A DNA stretch of 64,000 nucleotides from an uncultured delta proteobacterium (GCA_963778655.1 CAVZVA010000009.1:832001-896000); one strand, 5' to 3'; shown: positions 49,588 through 60,181, counted from the first letter of the stretch. Numbers and translations: made by a program. The notes: generated from the sequence alone by a model not told the origin.

Positions 49588-51336
49588 TCAGAGAGCCGTA
49601 GCCGGCCGGTGCATGAATTCGTACGAGGTTGCGAGGCTCACCAAGAGCTCCCGGATATCGCCGCCATGGGCCTGTACGGCCGCGTAGGCGGAATCGAGCT
49701 TGCACCAGTCCTCGATCGCGTCGTCGCGCGCAAACGCATATCGATACCAGTTGCGCACCATACAGTAGTTGACCTGATCGCTGCCGGCGAGCCTCTGGGA
49801 TAGCTCGAGCGCGCCGTCATAGGATCCGTCGGCATCCGTGCCCATCACGCTGCCCTTGGCATCCACGGGAAGGCCGTTGTCGGTGGTGCGATAACGTCCG
49901 ATCGAGTCGTAGTGCTCGAATCCGTAGCCCAAGCCGTTGATCGTCTGGTGGCACGCCTGGCAGGTGGCCGGAGCCGTCCGTTCCTCGAACAACTGACGGT
50001 TGGTTTTCGGCATGGATGGATCGCCGGTCGGGGTCGATGTGTCGGCGTTCGGTGGCGGCGGCGGCGGGCGGTTACACAGGAGCTCGTCGAGCACGGACAC
50101 GCCGCGCAGCGGCGGCGAGCCATTGGTGGTATGTGCGCGGCTGGCCAAGAAATCGGCGCGCGTGAGCAGGCCGGAGCGCTGATCGCCGGGCAGTGACGCC
50201 ATTTGCCAGTCGGTGCCGGAGATCGGTACCCCGTAGAGGTCGGCGAGTGGCTTGTTCGCAAACGTGGTGGTCGACGTGAGCAGCTCCGCCAGCGTGCCGC
50301 CGCCATCGGAGAAGACGTAACCCACAAACCGGTCGACCTCCTCGCGCATCGATTGTCGCAGCGTGTCGTTCCAGTCGGGAAACAACATCGGGTCCTTGTT
50401 CTGGCTATTGACTCGATCGAAGTCCAGCCATTGCCGATGGAAGTCGACGATGCCGGCGACTCCGCGCGGGTCCTCGATCATCCGGCGGGCCTGGGCCTCG
50501 ACCTGCTGCGCGGTGTGCAACTCGCCTCTCTGGGCGGCCGCGAAGAGCTGATCGTCGGGCATGCTTTGCCAGAGAAAGTACGAGAGCCGGCTAGCCATCT
50601 CGTAATCGTCCAGGGCAACCCCCGCGCCGTCCGTCGGCATGTCGCCACTCAGCTCGAGCCGATACAGAAACTGAGGCGCCTGCAGCAGGGCCTGCAGGGT
50701 CAGCTCGAGCGCGCCGTTCCAGCTGATGGCGATCATCTGCTGTGCGAAGAAACCCTCGTAGCGAGCCTGCTCTTCGGCGGTGAGAGGACGGCGAAAGGCG
50801 CGCATGCCGAATGTCTTGATGAAATCGGTGGCGCATCCCATGTCGTTGCCTTGTGGGGTGCAGGGCAGGATCGCGCTCGGCTCCGCGGCCGCGACTTGAG
50901 CGATGGCCGCGGCCGCGTCGGCGTATTGCTCGATGAGGACCGTCGACGGGTTCAACTGGGTGGCGTTGTTCTCGAATCCGTGGACCGGCAGGTCCGTGAT
51001 CAGGTCCAGCGGCGGGACCGTCACGCCGGGCAGCAGGTCAGCCAAGGTTCGGGTGTACTCGACGTGACTCAAGCGGCGAACGAGCGTGGGTCTGACGGAT
51101 GCGAGCTTGCACTCTGCGCTGCGGTCGATGCCGGGAACCGAGGGGCCGGCGGGCGGCACCGGTTGGCCGGGATCGTTGGAGCTCCCGCCGGTGGCGTTCT
51201 GGCCGGCAGCGCCCCCGGCTTTCGGCGCATGGGCGCTGTTCCGACTGCTGGTGGCGGTGAATCCGGCCGAGATGCGCCCGCTGCACGCGCCCGAACCGAG
51301 CAGCGACGCGAGCAGCACGACACGCCCGAGGGCCAC
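49588..51336 (-). CDS. DUF1592/DUF1588/DUF1587/DUF1595 domain lipoprotein with CxxCH
   Basis: RRLSHVEY, RAFRRPL, PQFLYR, ASRLSYFLWQSMPD, RSGLLT, SPPLRG, CQACH; start uncertain. Confidence 0.92.
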   Translation of the reverse strand: MALGRVVLLASLLGSGACSGRISAGFTATSSRNSAHAPKAGGAAGQNATGGSSNDPGQPVPPAGPSVPGIDRSAECKLASVRPTLVRRLSHVEYTRTLADLLPGVTVPPLDLITDLPVHGFENNATQLNPSTVLIEQYADAAAAIAQVAAAEPSAILPCTPQGNDMGCATDFIKTFGMRAFRRPLTAEEQARYEGFFAQQMIAISWNGALELTLQALLQAPQFLYRLELSGDMPTDGAGVALDDYEMASRLSYFLWQSMPDDQLFAAAQRGELHTAQQVEAQARRMIEDPRGVAGIVDFHRQWLDFDRVNSQNKDPMLFPDWNDTLRQSMREEVDRFVGYVFSDGGGTLAELLTSTTTFANKPLADLYGVPISGTDWQMASLPGDQRSGLLTRADFLASRAHTTNGSPPLRGVSVLDELLCNRPPPPPPNADTSTPTGDPSMPKTNRQLFEERTAPATCQACHQTINGLGYGFEHYDSIGRYRTTDNGLPVDAKGSVMGTDADGSYDGALELSQRLAGSDQVNYCMVRNWYRYAFARDDAIEDWCKLDSAYAAVQAHGGDIRELLVSLATSYEFMHRPATAL

Positions 51337-51565
51337 CGAATGAGTGTGCCAAGCCGCGGTAGCCCGGTAATCCCCAAATCTTGCGGAATACGCGCGCTCG
51401 TAGCCGAAATTGCCCGCGCGGGCGTGCCCGCGCAGCGCCTGGGTCGGCCGCAAGCAGCCACGCGCCGGCGCCCCCTTTCACGGCGTGTTGCGACCGGTCA
51501 AGGAGTCGCAGGAGTCGCGTGCGGTCTTGGCGTGCCGCAGCCGTTCATGCGAGAAGGATGCGGCC

Positions 51566-52609
51566 ATGCGCTTGGTTGCCCTCATTCCAGATCGCTTGAT
51601 GCACGGTCCGCGCCGCGCGTTTGTCGACGTCCTGCGGCGCTTCCCGAGGGTGGGCGCGTTGCCCTCGGTGCGTCGCATGATCGTTCATCCGTACCTGTAC
51701 ACGGATGTGACTTACGGCGGGACGCTCAACATCATGCGCCACTGTGCGCTGGCGCGATCGCTCGGCGTGGACGCGGCTCTCGCCACGCCCAGCGGCCGCG
51801 ACACGTACGGCTCCTTCAATATCGTCGACTTGCCGTTCATCCGCTGGCGAGACCGCCGACCCGACGACGTCTGCTTGGTGCCGGATTTTGCCAGCGCGTT
51901 GATCGATTCGATCGAGGGCCCAGTCATCGTGTACCTACAGGCGCCGACGTTGTTGCGCGCGGACTTCGGCTACCTGGACCCGCGGGTGCGGCTGTGGACG
52001 GACTCACCGTTCATGCTGGAGCGATGTCGCGAGGTGTTCCCCGGCAAGGAGATCCCGATCGTGCCGAACATCGTCGACGACAGGACATTTTCCTTTCGCC
52101 CCCAGTCAGAGCGAGAGCAGGGATTGGTGTTCGCATTCCCGCGCAAGGGACCCGACTTCATCGAGGCTACTCGCGCGGCGTACCGAAGGCTCGGTGGCCA
52201 CTTCTGGCGCTTCGAGCTGATCGACGGCCTGACGCTGCAGGAGCTTGCGCGGGAGATGACGCGTCCTCAGGTATTCCTCGCGTCGGCCGAGGTGGAAGGC
52301 TGCGCGCTGCCACCCCAGGAGTCGATGGCGGCGGGTATCGTGGTGGTCGGCAGGTCGGCGCGCGGGGCCAACTTCGCGATGGAGCACGGCAAGACTGCGA
52401 TGGTCGCCGAGACGCCTGAGGAGGCCGCCGAGTCCCTGCGCCGGCTCGAAGACGCTACGTTGCGCGACACCATTTCGCGCAATGCCCACGCGTTTATTCG
52501 ACGCTACTTTCCAGAAGGCGAGCCGACCGATCTCTGGCGCCAGACCTTAGCCGAGCTCGGGTTTCCCGCTTGCGAAGGACACCGCCCCGCGCAGCCTGTC
52601 TCTGCGTAG
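51566..52609 (+). CDS. GT-B (family 4-like) glycosyltransferase
   Basis: YGGT, PRKG, EGCALPPQESMAAG (Ex7E). Confidence 0.8.
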   Translation: MRLVALIPDRLMHGPRRAFVDVLRRFPRVGALPSVRRMIVHPYLYTDVTYGGTLNIMRHCALARSLGVDAALATPSGRDTYGSFNIVDLPFIRWRDRRPDDVCLVPDFASALIDSIEGPVIVYLQAPTLLRADFGYLDPRVRLWTDSPFMLERCREVFPGKEIPIVPNIVDDRTFSFRPQSEREQGLVFAFPRKGPDFIEATRAAYRRLGGHFWRFELIDGLTLQELAREMTRPQVFLASAEVEGCALPPQESMAAGIVVVGRSARGANFAMEHGKTAMVAETPEEAAESLRRLEDATLRDTISRNAHAFIRRYFPEGEPTDLWRQTLAELGFPACEGHRPAQPVSA

Positions 52610-52611
52610 CC

Positions 52612-53763
52612 CTATCCGCCTAGCACGGCGCGCACAGCCGCGACCACGCGTTCCACTTCGCCGTCGGTGAGCTTCGGCGTCAGCGGGAGCGACAGCGTGT
52701 GCTCACCCACGAAGTAGGCGTTCGGAAACTGCTCCGCTCGAAAACCCCATCGCTCGCGGTAATAGGGATGCGTGTGCAAAGCGCGGTAGTGTACTCCCGC
52801 GCCAATGCGTCTCTTGTGCAACTCGCCGATCAGCTCGTCCCGGCCTACCGGAGCGTCGTCCGTGACCAACAGCGTGTAGAGGTGCCGCGCGTGGACCGTG
52901 TCGGGCTCGACTGCCGCCGGCCGCACCACGGGCAAGCCCGCGAAGGCCGCGTCGTAGCGCTCCCAGATTTCCTCGCGGCGTTTCAGCCATCCTTCGAGCT
53001 TGGGTAGCTGAACCAAGCCGAGCGAAGCCGCAATGTCGGTGAGATTGTACTTGAAGCCTGGAAAGACGACGTCGTAGTGTTTGTAGCCCTTGTCGGAGAA
53101 CCGACTCCATGCGTCGGCCGACAACCCGTGCAGTCCATACACCCGGATTTTTTCGGCCAGCCCGGGATCGTTGGTCGTGACCATTCCGCCTTCCCCGGTC
53201 GTCATGTTCTTGGTCACGTAGAAGCTGAAGCAAGTCAAATCGCTGATCGATCCAACCTTGCGCCCCTTGTATCGGGTTTCGATTGCGTGGGCGGCGTCCT
53301 CGATGACCAAGAGATCGTGCTTGCGCGCGATCGCACGAATCGCGTCGAGGTCGACTGGGCGACCTGCGAAATGTACCGGAAGTATCGCCCTCGTGCGAGG
53401 CGTGATGGCGGCCTCGATTGCATCCGGGGCGATGTTCATCGTATCGCGCTGGCAGTCTACGAACACCGGCGTGGCGCCGGTGTGGATGATGGCGTTCGCG
53501 GTCGCGCAGAACGTCATTGGCGTCGTGACGACCTCGTCGCCTTCGCCGACGCCGGATACCACCATCGCCAAGTGGAGGGCTGCAGTACAGGACGATACGG
53601 CGACGGCATGCCGCGCCTCGACGTACTGGGCGAAGGCGGTTTGAAACTCGTGCACACGCGGACCGGTGCCGATCCAGCAGGTCTCGAGGGTCCGTGTCAC
53701 CGCGTCGATCTCGGCTTGACCGATGATCGGGCTGCCAAATACGATATAGGGGTCGTCGTTCAT
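52612..53763 (-). CDS. DegT/DnrJ/EryC1/StrS nucleotide-sugar aminotransferase
   Basis: SSCTAALHLA, IEDAAHA, FSFYVTKNMTTGEGG, GFKYN. Confidence 0.96.
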   Translation of the reverse strand: MNDDPYIVFGSPIIGQAEIDAVTRTLETCWIGTGPRVHEFQTAFAQYVEARHAVAVSSCTAALHLAMVVSGVGEGDEVVTTPMTFCATANAIIHTGATPVFVDCQRDTMNIAPDAIEAAITPRTRAILPVHFAGRPVDLDAIRAIARKHDLLVIEDAAHAIETRYKGRKVGSISDLTCFSFYVTKNMTTGEGGMVTTNDPGLAEKIRVYGLHGLSADAWSRFSDKGYKHYDVVFPGFKYNLTDIAASLGLVQLPKLEGWLKRREEIWERYDAAFAGLPVVRPAAVEPDTVHARHLYTLLVTDDAPVGRDELIGELHKRRIGAGVHYRALHTHPYYRERWGFRAEQFPNAYFVGEHTLSLPLTPKLTDGEVERVVAAVRAVLGG

Positions 53764-53835
53764 ATGACGCGTCCGTTGGCGGCCTAGTGTGCTACAAACC
53801 GGCCGCAGGCGCCACAGGCAACGGCGAGACATCGA

Positions 53836-55392
53836 ATGGCGCAAGTCAGCCTCGAGACCCTGGGCCGCAACGCGTGGGTCGGCGCCATGGCGGAGGTCTG
53901 GCGAATCGGCTCGCGCTTTCTGCTAACGCCGATTGTGCTGCACGCGATTGGATTGCGCGGCTACGGCACATGGTCGCTCGTGTTTTCGCTCACGACGTAC
54001 ATGTCGATGACGAACGCGAGCCTTGGAATCGCCTACAACAAGTTCACCGCCGAGTGCGTGCGGACCGGCGCTTATGATCGGCTAGCCCGTATCATTGGCG
54101 CTGGCATCGCAACGGTTAGCGCCGCGTCGTGCGTCGGATTGGTCGCCATATGGTGGATGGCGCCCGTCATCTTGCAGATGCTCCATGTGCCGGTCGAGTT
54201 GAGGGGAGATGCTCGCGTCGCGCTCGCGGTCGTGATGTCCGTGTTGGTCGCGCGAATGACCATTGGTTGCACGCTCGACGTGCTCGCGGGGCTTCAGCGC
54301 ATAGACCGTGCGCAACAGCTCAACGTGCTCGCCTCGGTCATCGACTTCGCGATTAGCGTGCCATTGCTGCTCCAGGGCCTGGGGCTGCGCGGAATCGCGA
54401 CTGGCTACGCGGTCGGTCAGGTCTCGGCATACCTCTTGGCCTGGTTCTTCGTGCGCCGCCTCGATCCGCGTATCGTGATCTCTCCGTTCAGCGCCACGTT
54501 GGAGGGACTGCGCGAGATCGTGAGAGTTGGCGGCCGCTTCCAGTTGCTCGCCGTCGTCAACACGACGGTCGCCGAAGGAATCCGGTTCTTGCTTTCGGTG
54601 CTGGTCGATCCCAGCGCGACGGCATTATACGACCTGGCCGACAAGCTGGTGAATCTGGGGCGCGCTCTTTCGGGCGCCGTTCTTGCGCCCCTTCTTGCGG
54701 CGTTCGCGGATTTGCAGGCGGGTGTCGACGTCGCGGCGGAACGCAACCTCTTCGTTCATGCTTCCAAAGCGGTCGCGATCGTGTCCGCGGCCACATTCGC
54801 TTACCTATCGATGTTTGCGAGCTCGGCGTTGCTGGCCTGGACCGGGACACCGGTCTTGCTCGCGGCGCACGCCTTGCAGGTGCTGGCTCCGTTCGAGATC
54901 GTCACACAGCAAACGGGGGTGGTTTCAGCCAACTTGCGGGCGCGTGGAATGGTGCGCATGGAGCTGACCTATGCCCTCATCGGTGCCGCCACACTGGTTG
55001 TGGTCTTGCTCATTGGGGCGCGGACGGAACCCTTCGAATCGGTGGTGTGGGGCCGCGTGATCAGCGAGGTCGTCGGCGTGGCCTGGTACCTGCGTGCATT
55101 CTTTCGCTATTCGGGAATGCGACCCAGGAACTGGTGGAACGACGGACGCTTTTCCGCAGTGTTGGTGTCGGTCGGCCTGACTGCCGTCGGCGTGGAGGTT
55201 TGCCGCCGAATTGTGCCCGCGCTGCCGTTGCATCTGACGCCACGCTGGCACGGGGTAGTGGATGTCTGTCTGTGGTCCGTGCCCTACGCGCTGTTGGTGG
55301 TTACCAGCACCTGGAAGATCGCCCTTGACGCGAGCGAGCGCGTGCGCCTGCGCGTCGCGATGGGACGCTGGTTGAGCCGGAGTGCCGCGTGA
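53836..55392 (+). CDS. wzx: Wzx-type oligosaccharide flippase
   Basis: About 12-14 hydrophobic segments; LTPIVLHAIGLRGYGTW; polysaccharide cluster context. Confidence 0.8.
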   Translation: MAQVSLETLGRNAWVGAMAEVWRIGSRFLLTPIVLHAIGLRGYGTWSLVFSLTTYMSMTNASLGIAYNKFTAECVRTGAYDRLARIIGAGIATVSAASCVGLVAIWWMAPVILQMLHVPVELRGDARVALAVVMSVLVARMTIGCTLDVLAGLQRIDRAQQLNVLASVIDFAISVPLLLQGLGLRGIATGYAVGQVSAYLLAWFFVRRLDPRIVISPFSATLEGLREIVRVGGRFQLLAVVNTTVAEGIRFLLSVLVDPSATALYDLADKLVNLGRALSGAVLAPLLAAFADLQAGVDVAAERNLFVHASKAVAIVSAATFAYLSMFASSALLAWTGTPVLLAAHALQVLAPFEIVTQQTGVVSANLRARGMVRMELTYALIGAATLVVVLLIGARTEPFESVVWGRVISEVVGVAWYLRAFFRYSGMRPRNWWNDGRFSAVLVSVGLTAVGVEVCRRIVPALPLHLTPRWHGVVDVCLWSVPYALLVVTSTWKIALDASERVRLRVAMGRWLSRSAA

Positions 55393-55394
55393 GC

Positions 55395-55997
55395 TCACTG
55401 CCTGCGGAGCAATTCTTCGCGCAAGACATGAGGTGCGCGCTGTTGAGACGACGTGATGACCGTCCGAGCAGGCACGTCCTTGCTGAGCACCACGCCCGCG
55501 TTGACCACTGAATCCTCGCCGACGGTGACGCCGCAGAGGACGATGGACCCGGCGCCGACGGAGGCCCCGCGCTCGATCACGGTCGGCTTGCGTCTCGTGC
55601 CCAACAGCCGAGCCACCGGTTTGTTCGGGTAGTCAATGCCCAGGTTGAGGTGCGTGATGATGATCGCACGCATGCCGATAGTGACGCTCTCTCCGATCAC
55701 GATTCGGTCGCTCAGGTCTAGGAAGACCTCCTTGCCAATATGTGCAGAACGCCCTACGGAAAGGTTCGAAAAGTTGCCTTGCGCCTCGTGCACCGTGATC
55801 CACGGGCCGATGGGTTTCGTCTCGGGATGGATATCTGCGCCGAAACGACGCAGCACTTCCTTGGTGATATCGGGCGATCCGCAACGCTTTAGGTAGTTCA
55901 CTACAGCGGACAACCCACCGTACCTGTAGATTAGCTCGGCGTCGGGATACTGGGTCGAGGCCCAGAGCTTGTATTTGATCCACTCGCTCAGACGCAT
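55395..55997 (-). CDS. Hexapeptide-repeat (LbH) O-acyltransferase
   Basis: IVIGESVTIG, ITH, IERGASVGAGSIVLCGVTVGEDSVVNAG..KDVP. Confidence 0.88.
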   Translation of the reverse strand: MRLSEWIKYKLWASTQYPDAELIYRYGGLSAVVNYLKRCGSPDITKEVLRRFGADIHPETKPIGPWITVHEAQGNFSNLSVGRSAHIGKEVFLDLSDRIVIGESVTIGMRAIIITHLNLGIDYPNKPVARLLGTRRKPTVIERGASVGAGSIVLCGVTVGEDSVVNAGVVLSKDVPARTVITSSQQRAPHVLREELLRRQ

Positions 55998-56028
55998 GAC
56001 GGACGAGGTCCTCCTGGGTGCTCTGACC

Positions 56029-57141
56029 TTATGGAGCCCCTGACGGCAAACGACGTGTATTCGGATCGAGCAAGAGGTTCGCCACGCGCTCGCCGGCGTG
56101 GCCGTCCCCGAACGGATTGGGCCAGTCGAGGGTTCGCTTCAGCATGGTTTCGACGGCGGTTTCGAGCCGGCCGGGGCTCGTCGAGTCGCAAAGCACGTTG
56201 GCCCCCACGTTCACGGTTTCGGGTCGTTCTGTGTTTGCGCGCAGGGTGACGCACGGGACCCGCAACGTGCAGGCCTCCTCTTGCACGCCGCCCGAGTCGG
56301 TCAGGGCGACGCGCGCGGAGGAAAGCAGGCGAAGGAAGTCCAGGTAGCCGACCGGCTCGGTCAGAAGAAACGGCGGCCGCGAAAACCGTTCGCTGCCCGC
56401 CATCTTCGAAATGGTGGCGCGGGTGCGCGGATGCACCGGAAACACTAGCGCCAATCCGAGGCGCGCCGCCACCGAGCCAAGCGCTTGCATTACCGCTTCG
56501 AGACGCCCGGGGGAGTCGACGTTGGAGGGCCGATGCAGGGTGACCAATGCATATGGATGATCGGCGAGGCCCAGTTTCTCGATGACGTTCGAACGCGAGC
56601 GAGCACGTTCGGAATACAGCAGGGCTGCGTCGACCACGGTGTTGCCCACCACGTGCACGCCGCGCACGATACCTTCCTGCCTGAGGCGTTCCACCTGCAC
56701 GTCGGTCGGGCACAGGTGCAGCGACGCAAGTCTGCCTGCGACAACGCGATTGGCCTCCTCGGGCATGCTCCAGTCGTCGCTGCGGAGCCCAGCCTCGAGG
56801 TGCGCTATGGGCAGTCCGAGCTTGTGGGCAGCAAGTGCTCCGCCGAGCACGCTGTTCGTGTCGCCCTGAACCAAGACCCAACGCGGCTGCATGGCCGCGA
56901 GGGCTTCTGCCGTGCGAATGACGATTGTGCCGAGTTGCTGTGCGGGCGGCGCCGAGCCGACTTCGAGGTTGGCGGTCGGCGCCGGGAGACCCAGCTCCTC
57001 GAAGAAGATGGCGTCCAGCTCGTACGAGTAGTGCTGGCCCGTGTGGATGATCCCGAGGGGCGCTCCGCGGCGCACCAACGTGTCCACTACCGGTGCGACC
57101 TTGATCAGCTCAGGACGGGTGCCGACGACGAAGGCGATCAT
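56029..57141 (-). CDS. wecB: Non-hydrolysing UDP-N-acetylglucosamine 2-epimerase
   Basis: GTRPELIK, HTGQH, QGDTNS, HLEAGLRS, PEEANR, TDSGGVQEE, TERPE, NPFGDG. Confidence 0.96.
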   Translation of the reverse strand: MIAFVVGTRPELIKVAPVVDTLVRRGAPLGIIHTGQHYSYELDAIFFEELGLPAPTANLEVGSAPPAQQLGTIVIRTAEALAAMQPRWVLVQGDTNSVLGGALAAHKLGLPIAHLEAGLRSDDWSMPEEANRVVAGRLASLHLCPTDVQVERLRQEGIVRGVHVVGNTVVDAALLYSERARSRSNVIEKLGLADHPYALVTLHRPSNVDSPGRLEAVMQALGSVAARLGLALVFPVHPRTRATISKMAGSERFSRPPFLLTEPVGYLDFLRLLSSARVALTDSGGVQEEACTLRVPCVTLRANTERPETVNVGANVLCDSTSPGRLETAVETMLKRTLDWPNPFGDGHAGERVANLLLDPNTRRLPSGAP

Positions 57142-57684
57142 GGGGCGTAATCCTGGGTCGAATCCAGAACGATGTCAGCCGGTTGCGGACCTGTGGCGAG
57201 GTTCTGGCCTGTGCCCGTGGCGATTCTCGCTGGAGCGGCGGCCGGTCCGCAACCATCGCGTCGATGGCTCGCAGCGCGACCCGCCTCAGCGAAGACCGGC
57301 TGCGAAAGGCTGCCATCGGCGTCGCTATTGTGGCACAACAATTTTCACATGCTAGCGTGCGGACCGCGAACCAGCCGCGGAAATCGACAATCGCACGGCT
57401 GGCTCCAAGGACCCGAGTGCCCGGCGAAGATGCCGCAACAGCGACGCGCCCGCGGGCCGGCCGCTCGCGCCGCCCACGTTGCGGCGTTCGTCGCGCGCAG
57501 GGTATCAGCCGGCGCGCGGCGCCGACAGCACCTCGGTTCCAACGCGCTCCGGCGCAGCCACGGAGGACCGCTTCGCTGGCGGTCGGGGGGGGCCATCTCT
57601 GTCCGCAGGCGTCGAGTGTCTGTTGGGCAACGCCGCCAGGCGTGGTCGGACCAGCGCACGAAGATGGAACGCTGAAGCAGATCC

Positions 57685-59109
57685 GTGCAGCCTAATCCCA
57701 ACGCATTCGCATACATTGCCCTCGTCGCGTGGTTTCCGATCACGTTCGTGCTGTTCCATCGATTGCGGCCCGAGGTTGCCACGGCCTGCGCGATCATCGG
57801 CGGAACGCTGTTCTTGCCCGAGCGCACCCACATCGATCTGCCGCTCTTTCCCGATCTCGACAAGTCGACCATTCCCGCTCTGGCGGCGCTGGCCGGTTGC
57901 ATGGTGACCTCACGTGGCCGGCTCGCAGCCGCGAAGCCCTTCCGTGGCATCGATCGCTGGTACTGGTTGCTGGTCTTGGGAACCATCGGAACGTGGCTTA
58001 CGAATCGGGACCCCATGTTCGCGGTGCCGCCGAAACCCGGGCTGACCCCCTATGATGCTCTCAGCGACGTGCTGGCACATCTGGTTGTGGTGTGGCTGGT
58101 GTTCTTCCTCGGGCGGTCGATGTTCAGCAGTCTCGGCGATCTCGCGAGCTTCTTGCGCGTCGGCTTTCTTTTTGGGCTCGCGTACATTCCTCTGTGCTTG
58201 ATCGAGCTGCGCCTCAGTCCTCAGTTGCACAACTGGATCTACGGCTTCATGCAACACAGCTTCGGCCAAACCCTGCGCGGGGGAGGGTACAGGCCGATGG
58301 TGTTCATGGAGCACGGCCTCGTGCTCGCGCGATTCATGCTGGTCGCGACGCTTTCGGGCACGGCACTGACTCGCACGAAGCTGGTTGGTGTCCGCCTCAA
58401 AGTCGCCCTTTGGTTCCTGATCGTCGTGTTCGTCGCGCTCAAGAGCACCGGTGCAATCGTGCTCGGCGTGCTCTTCTTGCCGCTGGTCGCTTTCGCGAGC
58501 GTGCGAATGCAGCTACGGGTGGCGGTGGTGCTAGCGCTTCTGGTAGCCTTCTATCCGACGCTTCGTTCCACCGGGTTATTTCCGGTCGAGGACTTCCTGG
58601 AGCTAGCGTCCAAGGTCAGCGCGGAGCGTGCCCAGTCCTTGGGCTTCCGTTTCGATGAAGAAGATTCTCTGCTTGCCAAGGCACGCGAGAGGATGGTGTT
58701 CGGCTGGGGTGGCTACGGCCGTTCGCGCGTCATCGATCCGACCACGGGCCAGGACGTTTCGGTCACGGACGGCGAATGGGTGATCGTGCTCGGCGTGGGT
58801 GGTCTCGCCGCCTTCGTCGCCAGGTACGGCATGTACCTGGCTCCGGCGCTGCTCGTCGCTCGGAGAATGCGCCGCATTCGGGGGCAAAGGAGCAGGGTGC
58901 TGCTGGGAGCGCTCGCCCTGATCACCGTGGTGCTCGCCATCGACACCATCCCCAACGCTTCGATGGGCCTCCCGCACTTTCTGTGGTCGGGCGCGTTGTA
59001 CGGTAGCTTGCAGGGTGTCCTTCGACAGGATCGCCTCCAGCGGTTGCGGGCGCTGCGGGAACGGCGGGGAACTCCTGGCACCGCCGACCCGGTCGTCGCG
59101 GCCCGGTGA
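57685..59109 (+). CDS. Wzy-like polymerase / O-antigen ligase family membrane protein
   Basis: Multiple TMs; ELRLSPQLHNWIYGF, YRPMVFMEHGL, RAQSLGFRF, FGWGGYGR, TDGEW. Confidence 0.85.
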   Translation: MQPNPNAFAYIALVAWFPITFVLFHRLRPEVATACAIIGGTLFLPERTHIDLPLFPDLDKSTIPALAALAGCMVTSRGRLAAAKPFRGIDRWYWLLVLGTIGTWLTNRDPMFAVPPKPGLTPYDALSDVLAHLVVVWLVFFLGRSMFSSLGDLASFLRVGFLFGLAYIPLCLIELRLSPQLHNWIYGFMQHSFGQTLRGGGYRPMVFMEHGLVLARFMLVATLSGTALTRTKLVGVRLKVALWFLIVVFVALKSTGAIVLGVLFLPLVAFASVRMQLRVAVVLALLVAFYPTLRSTGLFPVEDFLELASKVSAERAQSLGFRFDEEDSLLAKARERMVFGWGGYGRSRVIDPTTGQDVSVTDGEWVIVLGVGGLAAFVARYGMYLAPALLVARRMRRIRGQRSRVLLGALALITVVLAIDTIPNASMGLPHFLWSGALYGSLQGVLRQDRLQRLRALRERRGTPGTADPVVAAR

Positions 59110-59207
59110 TCGTCGTGGTGGGCGGCCGCGCGTTCCGAGGCGCGGGCTTCTACATGACCGATCACGATTCGGGAACGGCCGTGTCGATCGGTCACGGAGT
59201 CGGCGCG

Positions 59208-59231
59208 ATTCCCTGACAAATTCCCTGACAA
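59208..59231. repeat. Perfect tandem duplication of ATTCCCTGACAA (2 x 12 bp)
   Basis: Read directly; lies between convergent genes. Confidence 0.9.
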
Positions 59232-59290
59232 GCAAAGGAGAAATCAGAGTTTGTGATTCGATCCCGAATCGCGAGCTCAGATTTAGTACC

Positions 59291-59328
59291 GCAGCCGGGA
59301 AGCCCGTCCGGGGCTTTTCGGTGGCTGC
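59291..59328. terminator. Stem-loop between convergent wzy-like and wecG-like genes
   Basis: ccgggaagccc-gtccg-gggcttttcgg with outer gcagc/gctgc pairing. Confidence 0.45.
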
Positions 59329-59434
59329 GATCGGCGAGGGAGTCTCGCGCGGTTCAGTGGGCACCTCGCGGCTTGGCCGCGAGGGCTGTGCCGGCGCGTG
59401 CCGCCCCGGTAACAACACAGGATTAGCTGCCAAA

Positions 59435-60181
59435 TTAGTCGCGTGGCGAACGCGCGATTAGCTCTCGCGACATGAGGTAGATGAACTGCGCATTCGTCAC
59501 CAGATACCGCTTCCAGAGCCGGCCCGGCTCCTGAGCCAGACGGAACAACCATTCCATACCCGCCCGCTGAATGAAGCCTGGAGCGCGTGCCCGCAGTCCT
59601 GCGAGCACGTCGAACGAACCGCCGACTCCGATCGCGAATGGTACTTCCAACACGTTCCAGTAATCGCGTAGGAAGTACTCCTGACGCGGCACGCCCATGG
59701 CGGCCACGAGTATCTTGGCCCCGCTCTGCGCAACGGCACGCGCACGGGCCTCGGCTTCACCCTCCCCGAAATACCCGTCCTGCACTCCGCCCAATATCAG
59801 CGCCGGATAGCGTTGCTTGAGGCGGCGGGCCACCTCCTCGACCACGCTCTTCTCCGCGCCGAGCAGGTAGACGCCCAGCCCCTCCCGGGCGGCCCTCTCG
59901 CACAGCTTGTCCACCAGCTCGACGCCGGCGACGCGTTCGGGTAACGGCAGGCCTACGGCCCGCGAGCTCCAGATCAGCGGCTGGCCGTCAGCGACGACAA
60001 TCGCCGCGCGGTCCACGAAGCGCTGCAGCTCGGGGTCGCGCCGCATCATCATCAGGATCGCCACGTTCACCGTGCACAGGTAGCCTCGCTGTCCTGTGCG
60101 GATCCGTTCGAAGACCAGATCCACCGTGTCTTCGAGCGTGATTGGGTGGAACTCGGCGTTCAGCAGGCGGACGATCTTCAT
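59435..60181 (-). CDS. WecG/TagA/CpsF family (GT26) glycosyltransferase
   Basis: TVN, ADGQP, ERVAGVEL, MGVPRQE, GVGGSFD, RAP, EWLFRLAQEPGRLWKRY. Confidence 0.95.
   Translation of the reverse strand: MKIVRLLNAEFHPITLEDTVDLVFERIRTGQRGYLCTVNVAILMMMRRDPELQRFVDRAAIVVADGQPLIWSSRAVGLPLPERVAGVELVDKLCERAAREGLGVYLLGAEKSVVEEVARRLKQRYPALILGGVQDGYFGEGEAEARARAVAQSGAKILVAAMGVPRQEYFLRDYWNVLEVPFAIGVGGSFDVLAGLRARAPGFIQRAGMEWLFRLAQEPGRLWKRYLVTNAQFIYLMSRELIARSPRD

Noticed and set aside
57328..57350. Sigma-54 promoter between wecB and the wzy-like gene
   Set aside because: TGGCAC is present but the -12 GC is missing (TTTTC)
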